IMG/VR virus record: IMGVR_UViG_3300010236_000009
Span: 1 to 30,473 of that record
Strand: one strand, 5' to 3'
DNA: 30,473 bases
Source of the DNA: a virus
Taxonomy: Duplodnaviria; Caudoviricetes
The position numbers and the translations under genes are program-made. Position 1 is the first letter of the stretch. Every line of letters begins with the position of its first letter. Below, one piece after another: positions 17,965 through 26,615 of the stretch. The notes beneath the pieces were generated by a model. It did not search any database. It saw only the letters and a program-made list of their open reading frames with translations, and was not told the origin of the DNA.

Positions 17965-18811
17965 TTGGCAACAACATTACTTCATCATTATATTGTTTTC
18001 TTAATTCAGCGTTCCTTCTTAACAAAAAAGACATTAATTTAGCTTTTCCATTTTTCAGGCCGCCAAAATAATAAACTAAATTATTAATATCTTTAGGCAA
18101 ACATTTACCAGAAAACCCTCGGTTATTTCTAAATACCCAAGTGTGAGAAGGCGATACTCTTGGGTCAGCGAGCCAAACTTGTCTTAATTCGTTCCAGTCA
18201 ACACCGATACTTTCCGCCAAAGAAAAAAATTCATTACAAAACATTACCTTAGTTGCGATCCAAGAATTTTCCATTAATTTACATAATTCTGCCGTTTCCG
18301 CGGGGACCTGATAAATCTTTGTATAAGAATTAGTAACCAAAGTCCATAACTCAGCAAAATCACCAGTTACCGACTTATCGCCACCAAGAATAATAAAAGT
18401 TTCTTTTCTAGCATCTGTTAATGGATGGCCAACCGTTTCTCCCAAATATTCTGGGCTAAAGCAAAATCGATTGCCGTATTTTTTATTTAAATAATTAGTC
18501 GTGCCGATCTCAACCGTTGATTTAAGACAAAATTGTCCTACCCAATCAATCCAATTTTTAACTGCTCCCCTAACAATCGAGATATCGCAACGGCCATTTT
18601 TTAACATTGGCGTTGGCACACAAACAAATCCAAAATCATAATTATGATAACCATTAACAACTGAATTATCTTCAACTCTTCTAACCACGCCATCTTCATT
18701 AACATAGTGAGCCTTTTTAAAATATTCCCCAATAAATTGGCCAACCCAACCATAGCCAATAATTAAAACTTTGGGAACCTTATTGATAATATCTCTATGC
18801 GGTTTTAACAT
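17930..18811 (-). CDS. UDP-glucose/GDP-mannose 6-dehydrogenase family protein lacking the C-terminal domain
   Basis: GYGWVG, CVPTP, KSTV, FSPEYL, AELCKLMENSWIATKVMFCNE and catalytic GFSGKCLPKD motifs. Confidence 0.9.
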   Translation of the reverse strand: MLKPHRDIINKVPKVLIIGYGWVGQFIGEYFKKAHYVNEDGVVRRVEDNSVVNGYHNYDFGFVCVPTPMLKNGRCDISIVRGAVKNWIDWVGQFCLKSTVEIGTTNYLNKKYGNRFCFSPEYLGETVGHPLTDARKETFIILGGDKSVTGDFAELWTLVTNSYTKIYQVPAETAELCKLMENSWIATKVMFCNEFFSLAESIGVDWNELRQVWLADPRVSPSHTWVFRNNRGFSGKCLPKDINNLVYYFGGLKNGKAKLMSFLLRRNAELRKQYNDEVMLLPNVDKKFTKKTD

Positions 18812-19619
18812 AAAAATCTTGCCACTCTTTTACTGATATTTTAACATCCCACTTTTCTTTTACTTCTTTTAATCTTTTTATCCGCTCTTTTTCCCTTTCT
18901 TCACCATTCAAAAATCGATCCAGCTCCGATCCATTAGTAGCAACCGGCATCCCTAGGGCCCAAGACTGAATTATTTTATTATTACTTTTAAACCGAAAAC
19001 GATAATTATTAGAAGGAGCCTTAGGTAATAAAACAATGTCATGTTTAATAATTTCTTCATTAACAGTTTCCTGATCATATTTAACAAATTCATCATTAGC
19101 ATAAAAAGGTTGATCGCTAATTACTGTTAAGCTTAATCCTCTTCTTTTTAAACTTTCAACCGCTGGTTCTAAAACCACATTGGCATTTCCAGAATAACCA
19201 AAATAAACACAACTTTTTGCCAAACCTTGATGTTTGTTTTTAATGGGTCTAGACCACTCTAGATCCACCCGATCGGGAATACAAATAACCGGAACATTGC
19301 CAATATCAAATTTTTTAATTTGGTCTGCTAGTGCTTGAGTAGAAGTAACCACGCCGTTACAATTTCTAATCATTTCTACCACTGGTCGATTATCTAACCA
19401 ATCAGGGTCGCAAATATCGAAAAACTTTTTCCCCTTGAAATTTTTGACCATTTCCTCCCAATATGCTTTTTGGAAAATTAAGCCATCATATTCTCTCCCC
19501 GTCGAATACATTTCACATTGTTCCCAATATTTGGCAATCCATTCCCCTCTAATACGAGAAGAGCCAACTGACCCCTTCCGGCGATGATCATAATATTCCA
19601 TGGTAACCAAACCAATCAT
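18795..19619 (-). CDS. GT-B fold glycosyltransferase
   Basis: SSRIRG, FDICDPDW, IPDRVDL, YFGYSGN and DIVLLP...KSNNK...WALGMPV motifs. Start moved to ATG 19619 (AGGAGG site, ATGA overlap). Confidence 0.75.
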   Translation of the reverse strand: MIGLVTMEYYDHRRKGSVGSSRIRGEWIAKYWEQCEMYSTGREYDGLIFQKAYWEEMVKNFKGKKFFDICDPDWLDNRPVVEMIRNCNGVVTSTQALADQIKKFDIGNVPVICIPDRVDLEWSRPIKNKHQGLAKSCVYFGYSGNANVVLEPAVESLKRRGLSLTVISDQPFYANDEFVKYDQETVNEEIIKHDIVLLPKAPSNNYRFRFKSNNKIIQSWALGMPVATNGSELDRFLNGEEREKERIKRLKEVKEKWDVKISVKEWQDFYVKTA

Positions 19620-20584
19620 TTCAAAACCTCCTTTATTACTTCTAGCCATTGTTTTTCAAAATTTTTCCGGCTAAATTCTTTTTTAGCAAATTTTCTGCCC
19701 CGTTCGCCAACTTCTTTTGCTTCCTGGCAACGATTAGTGATTAAATCAGAAACTAAAGTCGCCACCGCCAATGGATCTTCATCAACCAAAAAGCCATTAA
19801 CCCCATCTTCAATAAAAGACTCAGCGTCTTGGTGTTTATTAGTAACGACACAACAACCAGACAACATTGCTTCTGTCCTCGATCTCGGCCGAGGTGATTG
19901 GTGAGTCAAATTTAAATATACCAAGCTTCTCGACAACCAGTCTCGATATTCTTTCCAAGATCCGAATTTAACATCGATACCAATCCAAAAAAATTTAAAT
20001 CCCCATTCGTTTAAAAGACTAATCGTATTTCTCAAAATTTCTCGACGATAGGCCTTTTCCATTCCAGCCGGAGAAACATAAGTAGTAATTCTCGGCTCTT
20101 TCTCATTAGAATACCATTCCTCAGGGTTCATCCCATGAATAACCGTCTTCCCCCAACCCCACATTTTCTGGGCCTCAAAAGAGTTACAAATCATAAAGTT
20201 ATCGCCAACCAAATCTTTAACTCGTGAAATAACTTCCCTTTCTGGCAATCGGTCATCAAGGGGGACCATGTGATTAATAACAATTTTAGGGATATCTGTA
20301 ATTAAGCTATTAACTTCCCGGTATAATTCTCCCTTACCAATATCATTGGTAACACACTGTTGATCTAGGTGTAAAATAGCAAAATCATACTTGTTTTTTT
20401 CATAATGGGTAACCCAATTAACGTTTTTTGGTAATGGCCGCGATTTAGTTCCCCAAGTCCTATAAGGATTAATTAGCAAATCATATTGACCAATAAAAGA
20501 CATGTTGGCTATTTCGAATTGGTGCCCAACATGCCATGGCACACCGATTACCTTAAATTTTCTGTGAGTCTGTTCAGTTGACAT
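19616..20584 (-). CDS. GT4-like glycosyltransferase
   Basis: VYLNLTHQSPRPRSRTEAMLSGCCVVT...IEDGVNGFLV...GRKFAKKEFS. Confidence 0.85.
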   Translation of the reverse strand: MSTEQTHRKFKVIGVPWHVGHQFEIANMSFIGQYDLLINPYRTWGTKSRPLPKNVNWVTHYEKNKYDFAILHLDQQCVTNDIGKGELYREVNSLITDIPKIVINHMVPLDDRLPEREVISRVKDLVGDNFMICNSFEAQKMWGWGKTVIHGMNPEEWYSNEKEPRITTYVSPAGMEKAYRREILRNTISLLNEWGFKFFWIGIDVKFGSWKEYRDWLSRSLVYLNLTHQSPRPRSRTEAMLSGCCVVTNKHQDAESFIEDGVNGFLVDEDPLAVATLVSDLITNRCQEAKEVGERGRKFAKKEFSRKNFEKQWLEVIKEVLK

Positions 20585-20867
20585 TTTTTAAATTTTCTTT
20601 ATATTTTTTAATCGCTTCTTGCTTAGCCTTCTCTTCTTTTTTTTCAGCCTTTTTTTCCGCTTTTCTAACCGCCTTTTTAACATCATCTAAACTAGAAACA
20701 ATTTTGCTCCAATGATCAACTGCCTCATTAAAACTAAACTGTAAAGACAAAATAAAATTAAATACCCGACCGCAATCTAAACAGTAATACCACATCGGGG
20801 CAATCTTTTTCAAATTTTCGTGCGGGCATTCATCAGTTAAATATCTTATTTCTTTTGGTTTATTCAT
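20574..20867 (-). CDS. Small zinc-finger-like protein with a basic helical tail
   Basis: CPH...CLDC motif. Start moved to ATG 20867 (GGAGG site, ATGA overlap). Confidence 0.6.
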   Translation of the reverse strand: MNKPKEIRYLTDECPHENLKKIAPMWYYCLDCGRVFNFILSLQFSFNEAVDHWSKIVSSLDDVKKAVRKAEKKAEKKEEKAKQEAIKKYKENLKNVN

Positions 20868-22450
20868 TCTCCACCTCCTAATTTCCACAACAATAACTTT
20901 GCTTTATAAATTTCATCTTTCTTGGTGAACCTGCTTTTAGAATCTAGCAAAACCCGGCATTTGGCCTTCGGAACATATTGGTAATTAACCCCTGCCATTC
21001 TCATCTTAGAAATTAAATCCCTTGTCATCCCCCCATAATAAATCATTCTTTCATTAAACATTCCCATATTAACTAAATCTTTTTTATAAATACAGCTAAA
21101 ATTTTCCACAAACGATTTTTTATTAGCCCCCTTGTCGCCAAATAACCATAATCTCGGCCTTAATTTATCAACAAATTCATTAATGGCGTCTCTGTCCATC
21201 ATAAATCGATCGTCTTGGAAAACCAAAATATTACCAAATGCCTCAACAATACCATTATTCCTGGCCCTCGCCAAGCCATAGCCATCTTTGCTTTGTTTTA
21301 CATATTTAATGGGAACTTTTGCGAGCCTCTTAAACTCCATCACCACTTTTTCCGTTTCATCATTACTCCCATCATCAACCACAATTATTTCTATATTGGG
21401 ATATCTCTGGGCGGCGATCCCCAAAAGAGTAGTTTGTAATATCTTTGCTCGATTATAAGTGGGCACAATCACCGAAACCAAAGGCTTATTCATTCCCAAG
21501 ACATCACGATAAATCCGATAATATCTAATCGCATAATAACTATTGTCTCGATCAATAATTGATTTAAAAGCTTCTTCCCGCATTTTTTCCCTTAATTTTC
21601 GGTTTTCTTTTAGTTCTTTTATCTTATTAACAAGATCCTCTATGTCTTCTTTATTCCCATCTCGAACCACCATATTTTTCCCGTTTTCAATATCAGGAAC
21701 CAGCCCAACTCGCCTAGTTAAAACGGGCACCCCACAAGCCATCGCCTCAAGGTGAGGAAGAGAACCGCTTTCAAAATTATCGGTAGAATTATTAATAAAC
21801 AAATGGGCCTCATAATAAGAATTTCTCAACTCTTCATCAGAAATATCCTGTCTAAAATCTAAATAATCACCAGCCTCACTAACAATTTCTCGGAAATAAT
21901 TCATATCAGATATTCTTCCCACCAGAATAAATCTTGTTTTTGTTTCCCGGCAAGCCCTGGCAACCTCTAAAATACCCTTATTGCTCTCGATTCTTGCCGC
22001 GACCATAATAATTTTAAAAACATTTTCTTTTGGATACTCTCTTTGAAACTTAAAGAAACCAAGATCGGTTGTATAGGGAATTAAAATTGGCGTTTTTGAA
22101 AACGCCCTAATCATATCTTTTTGCTGGGTTTTATTTCTAACAATAACCCGATCATATTTTTTAAACCAATCTTTATCACAGACATTATATGGATTATGAT
22201 GAGCTAATATTTTTGGCTTGCTGGCCAAAAATGGAAATTTTTCCATTAGCATTTCCGCCGTCTTAAAATATTCAAAATCAATTAAGTCAGCCTCATTAGC
22301 CTTTTTTTCAAATTCCGATAAATTATTTGGCCTTTTGGGGTGAACAGCAATAGTCTCTATTTCGCACCGATCCTTTAAAATTTCTTTTGGTTTCGCACCA
22401 CAAATCCAAATTGCCGAAGGAATTTTGTCAACAACAATTAAAATTTTCAT
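20864..22450 (-). CDS. Bifunctional GT4 + GT2 glycosyltransferase
   Basis: GT4: NKG...ESGSLPHLEAMACGVPV. GT2: VSVIVPTYNR, VVDDGSND, ARARNNGI, FQDD. Start placed at ATG 22450 (ATGA overlap). Confidence 0.92.
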   Translation of the reverse strand: MKILIVVDKIPSAIWICGAKPKEILKDRCEIETIAVHPKRPNNLSEFEKKANEADLIDFEYFKTAEMLMEKFPFLASKPKILAHHNPYNVCDKDWFKKYDRVIVRNKTQQKDMIRAFSKTPILIPYTTDLGFFKFQREYPKENVFKIIMVAARIESNKGILEVARACRETKTRFILVGRISDMNYFREIVSEAGDYLDFRQDISDEELRNSYYEAHLFINNSTDNFESGSLPHLEAMACGVPVLTRRVGLVPDIENGKNMVVRDGNKEDIEDLVNKIKELKENRKLREKMREEAFKSIIDRDNSYYAIRYYRIYRDVLGMNKPLVSVIVPTYNRAKILQTTLLGIAAQRYPNIEIIVVDDGSNDETEKVVMEFKRLAKVPIKYVKQSKDGYGLARARNNGIVEAFGNILVFQDDRFMMDRDAINEFVDKLRPRLWLFGDKGANKKSFVENFSCIYKKDLVNMGMFNERMIYYGGMTRDLISKMRMAGVNYQYVPKAKCRVLLDSKSRFTKKDEIYKAKLLLWKLGGGE

Positions 22451-22860
22451 ATTTTCGGTTTCATCCAAACATGAATATCATTTCTGCTATTAGTTACCAT
22501 TTTCTTTATTTCCCATCTTCTTATATTATAAATTTTATCAATATTGTCTCTTTCAAGAAATTCAAAAGTTCTCTCGGTATAAAACGTCTTATGGGTAAGA
22601 ACCCAAGCGTTTTCCCCTTTTAAATGAGGAACAACAATATAAAGTTCTTGACACTTATCCCAACAATCGTTTAAAAAATTAATTGCCTCTTCTTGGCTAA
22701 GGTGTTCCAAGAAATGACTAGTTCTTATTTGTTCCCACTTTCCTTCCGGCAAACCATTGCGGACATCTAAAACATACTTCTGGCCAAAATCCTTAATATC
22801 TAGGCCAACAAAACCATCAGCAACTTTTTCGCCACAACCAACATCCAGTTTCATTTCCAT
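22447..22860 (-). CDS. Small class I SAM-dependent methyltransferase
   Basis: KLDVGCG...FVGLDI...SHFLEHL...IVVPH. Confidence 0.8.
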   Translation of the reverse strand: MEMKLDVGCGEKVADGFVGLDIKDFGQKYVLDVRNGLPEGKWEQIRTSHFLEHLSQEEAINFLNDCWDKCQELYIVVPHLKGENAWVLTHKTFYTERTFEFLERDNIDKIYNIRRWEIKKMVTNSRNDIHVWMKPKI

Positions 22861-23435
22861 GCTTCAACAAATAAACCTATTAACGCCTGATCTTTAGACT
22901 GGCCAGATTTTAATCTAATTTTCGACATTCTTAATCCCTCTTCGCGATAAAATCTCATTAGCTCTAACACTCCAATAGTGGCTAGTCTTTTTCTGACTAT
23001 TACCTTTTTAAATCCCACCACTGGTAATACTTTTTCAAACCATTCTGGCGTATATCTTAAATAATCCCATTTATCATGTAGTGGGTTGATAAAGGGAACA
23101 GAAATATAACAAATTTCTCTTGTAACATCATAAAGATTCTTGACTGCTTGAATTGGGTTATATATATGCTCTAGTGTTTCTAAACAAAAAACTACATCAT
23201 AACGCTTAACATATTTGCCGGGCATATCAGCAAAGGCAAGGGGGACATTTAAATCTGCTACAACATCTGTCCCAAACTGCCCATCTATATCTAGAGTAAC
23301 ATACTCTTTGGGCTTACCATTCACAAAGTTTTTAGCCCAATACTTTTCTGGCCCACAGCCCACATCCAAAACAGTTTTCCCCCCGATATCGATTTTGGAT
23401 AAATAATTAACTATTTGCTCTCTGCTTTTGCTCAT
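22851..23435 (-). CDS. Class I SAM-dependent methyltransferase
   Basis: VLDVGCG, YDVVFCLETLEH and ISVPFINPLH...DYLRYT motifs, a type common in polysaccharide loci. Confidence 0.85.
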   Translation of the reverse strand: MSKSREQIVNYLSKIDIGGKTVLDVGCGPEKYWAKNFVNGKPKEYVTLDIDGQFGTDVVADLNVPLAFADMPGKYVKRYDVVFCLETLEHIYNPIQAVKNLYDVTREICYISVPFINPLHDKWDYLRYTPEWFEKVLPVVGFKKVIVRKRLATIGVLELMRFYREEGLRMSKIRLKSGQSKDQALIGLFVEAWK

Positions 23436-24307
23436 AAAGATTTAAAAAAATCATAATATTTATTGGCCATATTCTCTAGCCCAAAATCATATCCCTTTTG
23501 ATAGTTAGTCATTATTTCCCCAGTAGAGCCAAAATCACAAGCATAATTAATAAACATTCCGCAATGTAAGGCCTCTATAAGAACATTAGGACAAGGATCG
23601 GCAAAACTAGGAAACCAAAACTCATCACAAGACCTCATTACCTTCGCCACTAATTCTGGTTTTTTTAATATTCCAAGATACTGCCAATCTTTGCCGATCT
23701 TATAATCATATAAACCGAACTCATTTTGTAGCAAATAAGTAGGATATTTACCGGCAAAAATAATTTTTAATTCTTTGTCAAGTAGTTTTTCATAACGATA
23801 ACGGGCGATTACTTCCTCTATTCGTTTATTTTCATCTTTACGACTATTTATATTTAAAACGGTTTTTCCTTTACCAAAATTAAATTTATCGCCATTAGGT
23901 TTAAAAATATCCTTATCAACTCCGTTCATAATTACACACCAGTTATTCCCCCCCCCAGTAATTGTGCGAAGCCAATCATAAGTAGTATTTTTCACGAATT
24001 CACTTTGGCAAATTATCCCATCGCTATTTTTAAAAAAATACTTAAACCTCTCCCACGTTTTCCCGTTATTCCTCCAAACCTCAGGAATTCCATCTAATCT
24101 TAAAACAACTTTCGTTTTTTTCTTTAACTTATCAAAAGTTTCAGGAAGTATCATTGTCGCTCCGGCAATTAAAGAAATATCCGCTTCATCTAAGCTATCA
24201 ACTACCTGAAAATATTTCGAAGATCCTTTTATAAGATTTTCTCTAAATCTCCAGCCACCGCCAATTTCCATTTTAGAGTCGTTAGGCAAATAAACTTTAC
24301 TTTTCAT
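23432..24307 (-). CDS. GT4-like glycosyltransferase
   Basis: GGG near the N-terminus, VLRLDG, IICQSEF, IMNGVD and FPSFADPCPNVLIEALHCG motifs. Confidence 0.85.
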   Translation of the reverse strand: MKSKVYLPNDSKMEIGGGWRFRENLIKGSSKYFQVVDSLDEADISLIAGATMILPETFDKLKKKTKVVLRLDGIPEVWRNNGKTWERFKYFFKNSDGIICQSEFVKNTTYDWLRTITGGGNNWCVIMNGVDKDIFKPNGDKFNFGKGKTVLNINSRKDENKRIEEVIARYRYEKLLDKELKIIFAGKYPTYLLQNEFGLYDYKIGKDWQYLGILKKPELVAKVMRSCDEFWFPSFADPCPNVLIEALHCGMFINYACDFGSTGEIMTNYQKGYDFGLENMANKYYDFFKSL

Positions 24308-24863
24308 ATTTTCTTTTTACAATCGCATAACCATTAGCATCAGTAAACACATTGGTAATAACATCTTTTTCTTTGAAAAAATCATAATAGGCCCGAGGTA
24401 TTCCATATCTTCCTTCCCAATTTGCTTTATGAAAAAAATCATCTAAAATAATTATTGGAATATTCAGCTCCCAAACTGCCCCCAAATCTCTTAATACCCC
24501 CTCATATTGATGATTGCCATCAACATAAACCATGCCAAAATTATCTTTCCACTTTTCAATATTATTGTTAATAGTCTCGACGCTATCGCCTATAATCCTT
24601 GTTACTCTATTTTTTACCCCAATTATTTTTACTCTTTCTTCAAAACCTTCTAAGTCCTTTATCTTATCTATTGTTACTGTTTCCTCAACATCAGTATCAA
24701 ACAAAAAAGCACTACTTCCAATACCAAATCCAGAACCAATTTCTAATACTTTTTTTGGTTTATATTTTCTTGTTACCAAAGATAAAAACTTAAACGCTTC
24801 TATTCCTTTCTCATTTAATGTTTTATAAAATTCTTCAAGCCTTTGTTTTTGGTCGCTTCTCAT
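24297..24863 (-). CDS. Class I SAM-dependent O-methyltransferase (Methyltransf_24-like)
   Basis: VLEIGSGFG, VYVDGNHQYEGVLRDL and IILDD motifs. Confidence 0.85.
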   Translation of the reverse strand: MRSDQKQRLEEFYKTLNEKGIEAFKFLSLVTRKYKPKKVLEIGSGFGIGSSAFLFDTDVEETVTIDKIKDLEGFEERVKIIGVKNRVTRIIGDSVETINNNIEKWKDNFGMVYVDGNHQYEGVLRDLGAVWELNIPIIILDDFFHKANWEGRYGIPRAYYDFFKEKDVITNVFTDANGYAIVKRKYEK

Positions 24864-25135
24864 TTCTTTTTTAACAACTTATAAATACTAATTAACAATA
24901 AAATCACCAATAATATATTTCTAGCCACCAAAATAGAAACAGCCATTGGCTCTAATTGGATTAAACTATCCCAATATCTAAAATAAAACCAGGTCAAAAA
25001 ACTACAACTAATAAATAAACCGGCCTCTAAATGAGAAAGAAAAGCCACAAATGGGGCCACCCAAACTAAATACTGTGGACTAAAGGTATTGCTAAAGAGA
25101 ATTGCCGCTAATAATAAAATAAAACTCAGTCTCAT
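24860..25135 (-). CDS. C-terminal part of a GT87-like (GT-C) membrane glycosyltransferase
   Basis: Hydrophobic; FSPQYLVWVAP motif; has its own GGAGG ribosome-binding site. Confidence 0.7.
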   Translation of the reverse strand: MRLSFILLLAAILFSNTFSPQYLVWVAPFVAFLSHLEAGLFISCSFLTWFYFRYWDSLIQLEPMAVSILVARNILLVILLLISIYKLLKKK

Positions 25136-25190
25136 CTTATTGACCTCCCCTTCCCAACATTATTTATTCTTCCCATTAACCCATACATAG

Positions 25191-25838
25191 TCAATCACTC
25201 CTTATTTCAAAAGTATTATGTTTAAATTCGACAATCGAATTTCTATTTAATAGTTTAGGAATTGCTCTAACACTTTCAATTTGTATTCCCCTATCCCCGT
25301 GAAAATCAAAAATGCAATTAACCCAATTAGGAAAAAATAAAAATGAATAACCAATAAACACCAACGAAATAAAAGCTCCCCACAAAATAGAAAAAAATTC
25401 CTTTCTTTTTAATAAAGACCCCAAAACAACTGGTAACAAAATAACTGGATATAATTTAGTTAATATTCCTAAAGTTAAAACCGGTAAAGACCAAAAGCTT
25501 TTTTTAATTGCCAAATAAACCCCCAATAAACTAAATAGGGCGGGGAAAATATCAAATCTATCCCAAAGCAAACCCCCCAACGGCAAGATACAAGCTAAAA
25601 ATATATAAGGATTTCCTTTTAATTTTTTAATAATAAGACAAGAGATTAAAATAGCCAAAATAACCATTCCATACCACATTAAAGTGAAATATCGTTCCCC
25701 AAAAATGTTCGCCAATTTAAACAATATAAACGCAAACGGAGGATATTCTAATTGAAAATCTAAATAGGGTTTCCCAATGTTTTGAGCATAACCCCGATAT
25801 AGGGCTAACTCTCCCCATGGGACAGATATTTCAGTCAT
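25191..25838 (-). CDS. N-terminal part of a GT87-like (GT-C) membrane glycosyltransferase
   Basis: Multi-pass membrane protein; PYLDFQLEYPP, RFDIFPAL, TKLYPVILLP and HGDRGIQIES motifs. Confidence 0.8.
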   Translation of the reverse strand: MTEISVPWGELALYRGYAQNIGKPYLDFQLEYPPFAFILFKLANIFGERYFTLMWYGMVILAILISCLIIKKLKGNPYIFLACILPLGGLLWDRFDIFPALFSLLGVYLAIKKSFWSLPVLTLGILTKLYPVILLPVVLGSLLKRKEFFSILWGAFISLVFIGYSFLFFPNWVNCIFDFHGDRGIQIESVRAIPKLLNRNSIVEFKHNTFEIRSD

Positions 25839-26038
25839 TTGGTTCGAAATTCTATCTTTAATTTTCTTAAAATTTGATAAAGTTGAGGTTTTGATATTCC
25901 GTTCCTTTTGGCAATTTCTTTAACAGAATATAGCCAGCTATCATTCTCATCTTTCATAAAATACTCCTGTAATATCCGCAAATTACGAGAAGAGTTTTCG
26001 TCTATATCTAGTTGATTTCGGCTTTTTATTTTAACCAT
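25835..26038 (-). CDS. Helix-turn-helix DNA-binding protein
   Basis: SVKEIAKRNGISKPQLYQILRK; first gene of the glycan operon. Confidence 0.75.
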   Translation of the reverse strand: MVKIKSRNQLDIDENSSRNLRILQEYFMKDENDSWLYSVKEIAKRNGISKPQLYQILRKLKIEFRTK

Positions 26039-26048
26039 TATTAACCAT

Positions 26049-26077
26049 ATAATACCATTTATTATTTTATTTGTCTA
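26049..26077 (-). promoter_or_regulatory. Sigma70-type promoter of the glycan operon
   Basis: TAGACA (26072-26077), N17, then TATTAT (26049-26054) with an extended TG; 10 nt before ATG 26038. Confidence 0.65.
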
Positions 26078-26600
26078 TACTTCCCTTAAAGTCTAAAGGA
26101 ACTAAAAACTCGTTTTTTTCCCAATTATCCAAATCTAAAATAAAACACTCTTTAACAGAGTCTCTAAATTTAATATCATATACCGATCCATTCCAAAAAG
26201 AGGCCATTGGTATTAGCCAAAAATGTCTATTGGTTGCCGCCATTAAATAGGGATTAGGATAATCTTTAGGATTATTTTTACAAGTCCATATTTGCGGCGA
26301 TTTAACTACAACTTGATGGTCTTTAAAGTCATCAAAAATTGTTGTTTTTATTTCCAAAGTCCATTTTTTAACCTCTTCTTTATATCGGACAAAAAGATAA
26401 TAATCTGGCTTGATTATAATTTTATTATCAACCAGTTCCTGATCCCCGATTTTTTCTGACCAAACATTATCTGATCCGAAATTACCCTCAAGAACACTCT
26501 TCAAACCAGATAAGGCCGCTTTCCCATTCCATTTCGCAACCATTGATCGTTTATTCTTTTGGAAAGGAATATCATTATTTAAAATTTCCCAAGTCCCCAT
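26067..26600 (-). CDS. PD-(D/E)XK nuclease-like protein
   Basis: IKPDYYL...TLEIKT matches the PD...(D/E)xK catalytic pattern. Confidence 0.55.
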   Translation of the reverse strand: MGTWEILNNDIPFQKNKRSMVAKWNGKAALSGLKSVLEGNFGSDNVWSEKIGDQELVDNKIIIKPDYYLFVRYKEEVKKWTLEIKTTIFDDFKDHQVVVKSPQIWTCKNNPKDYPNPYLMAATNRHFWLIPMASFWNGSVYDIKFRDSVKECFILDLDNWEKNEFLVPLDFKGSIDK

Positions 26601-26615
26601 AATAACTTAATTTTA

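Noticed and set aside
22482-22495. Partial copy of the promoter box (TTCTGCTATTAG) on the + strand
   Set aside because: Inside a coding region and only a partial match; likely chance in AT-rich DNA.
25136-25193. Stop-codon reassignment or readthrough joining the GT-C halves
   Set aside because: A TAA follows the TGA within five codons, and other genes end normally at TGA under the standard code.
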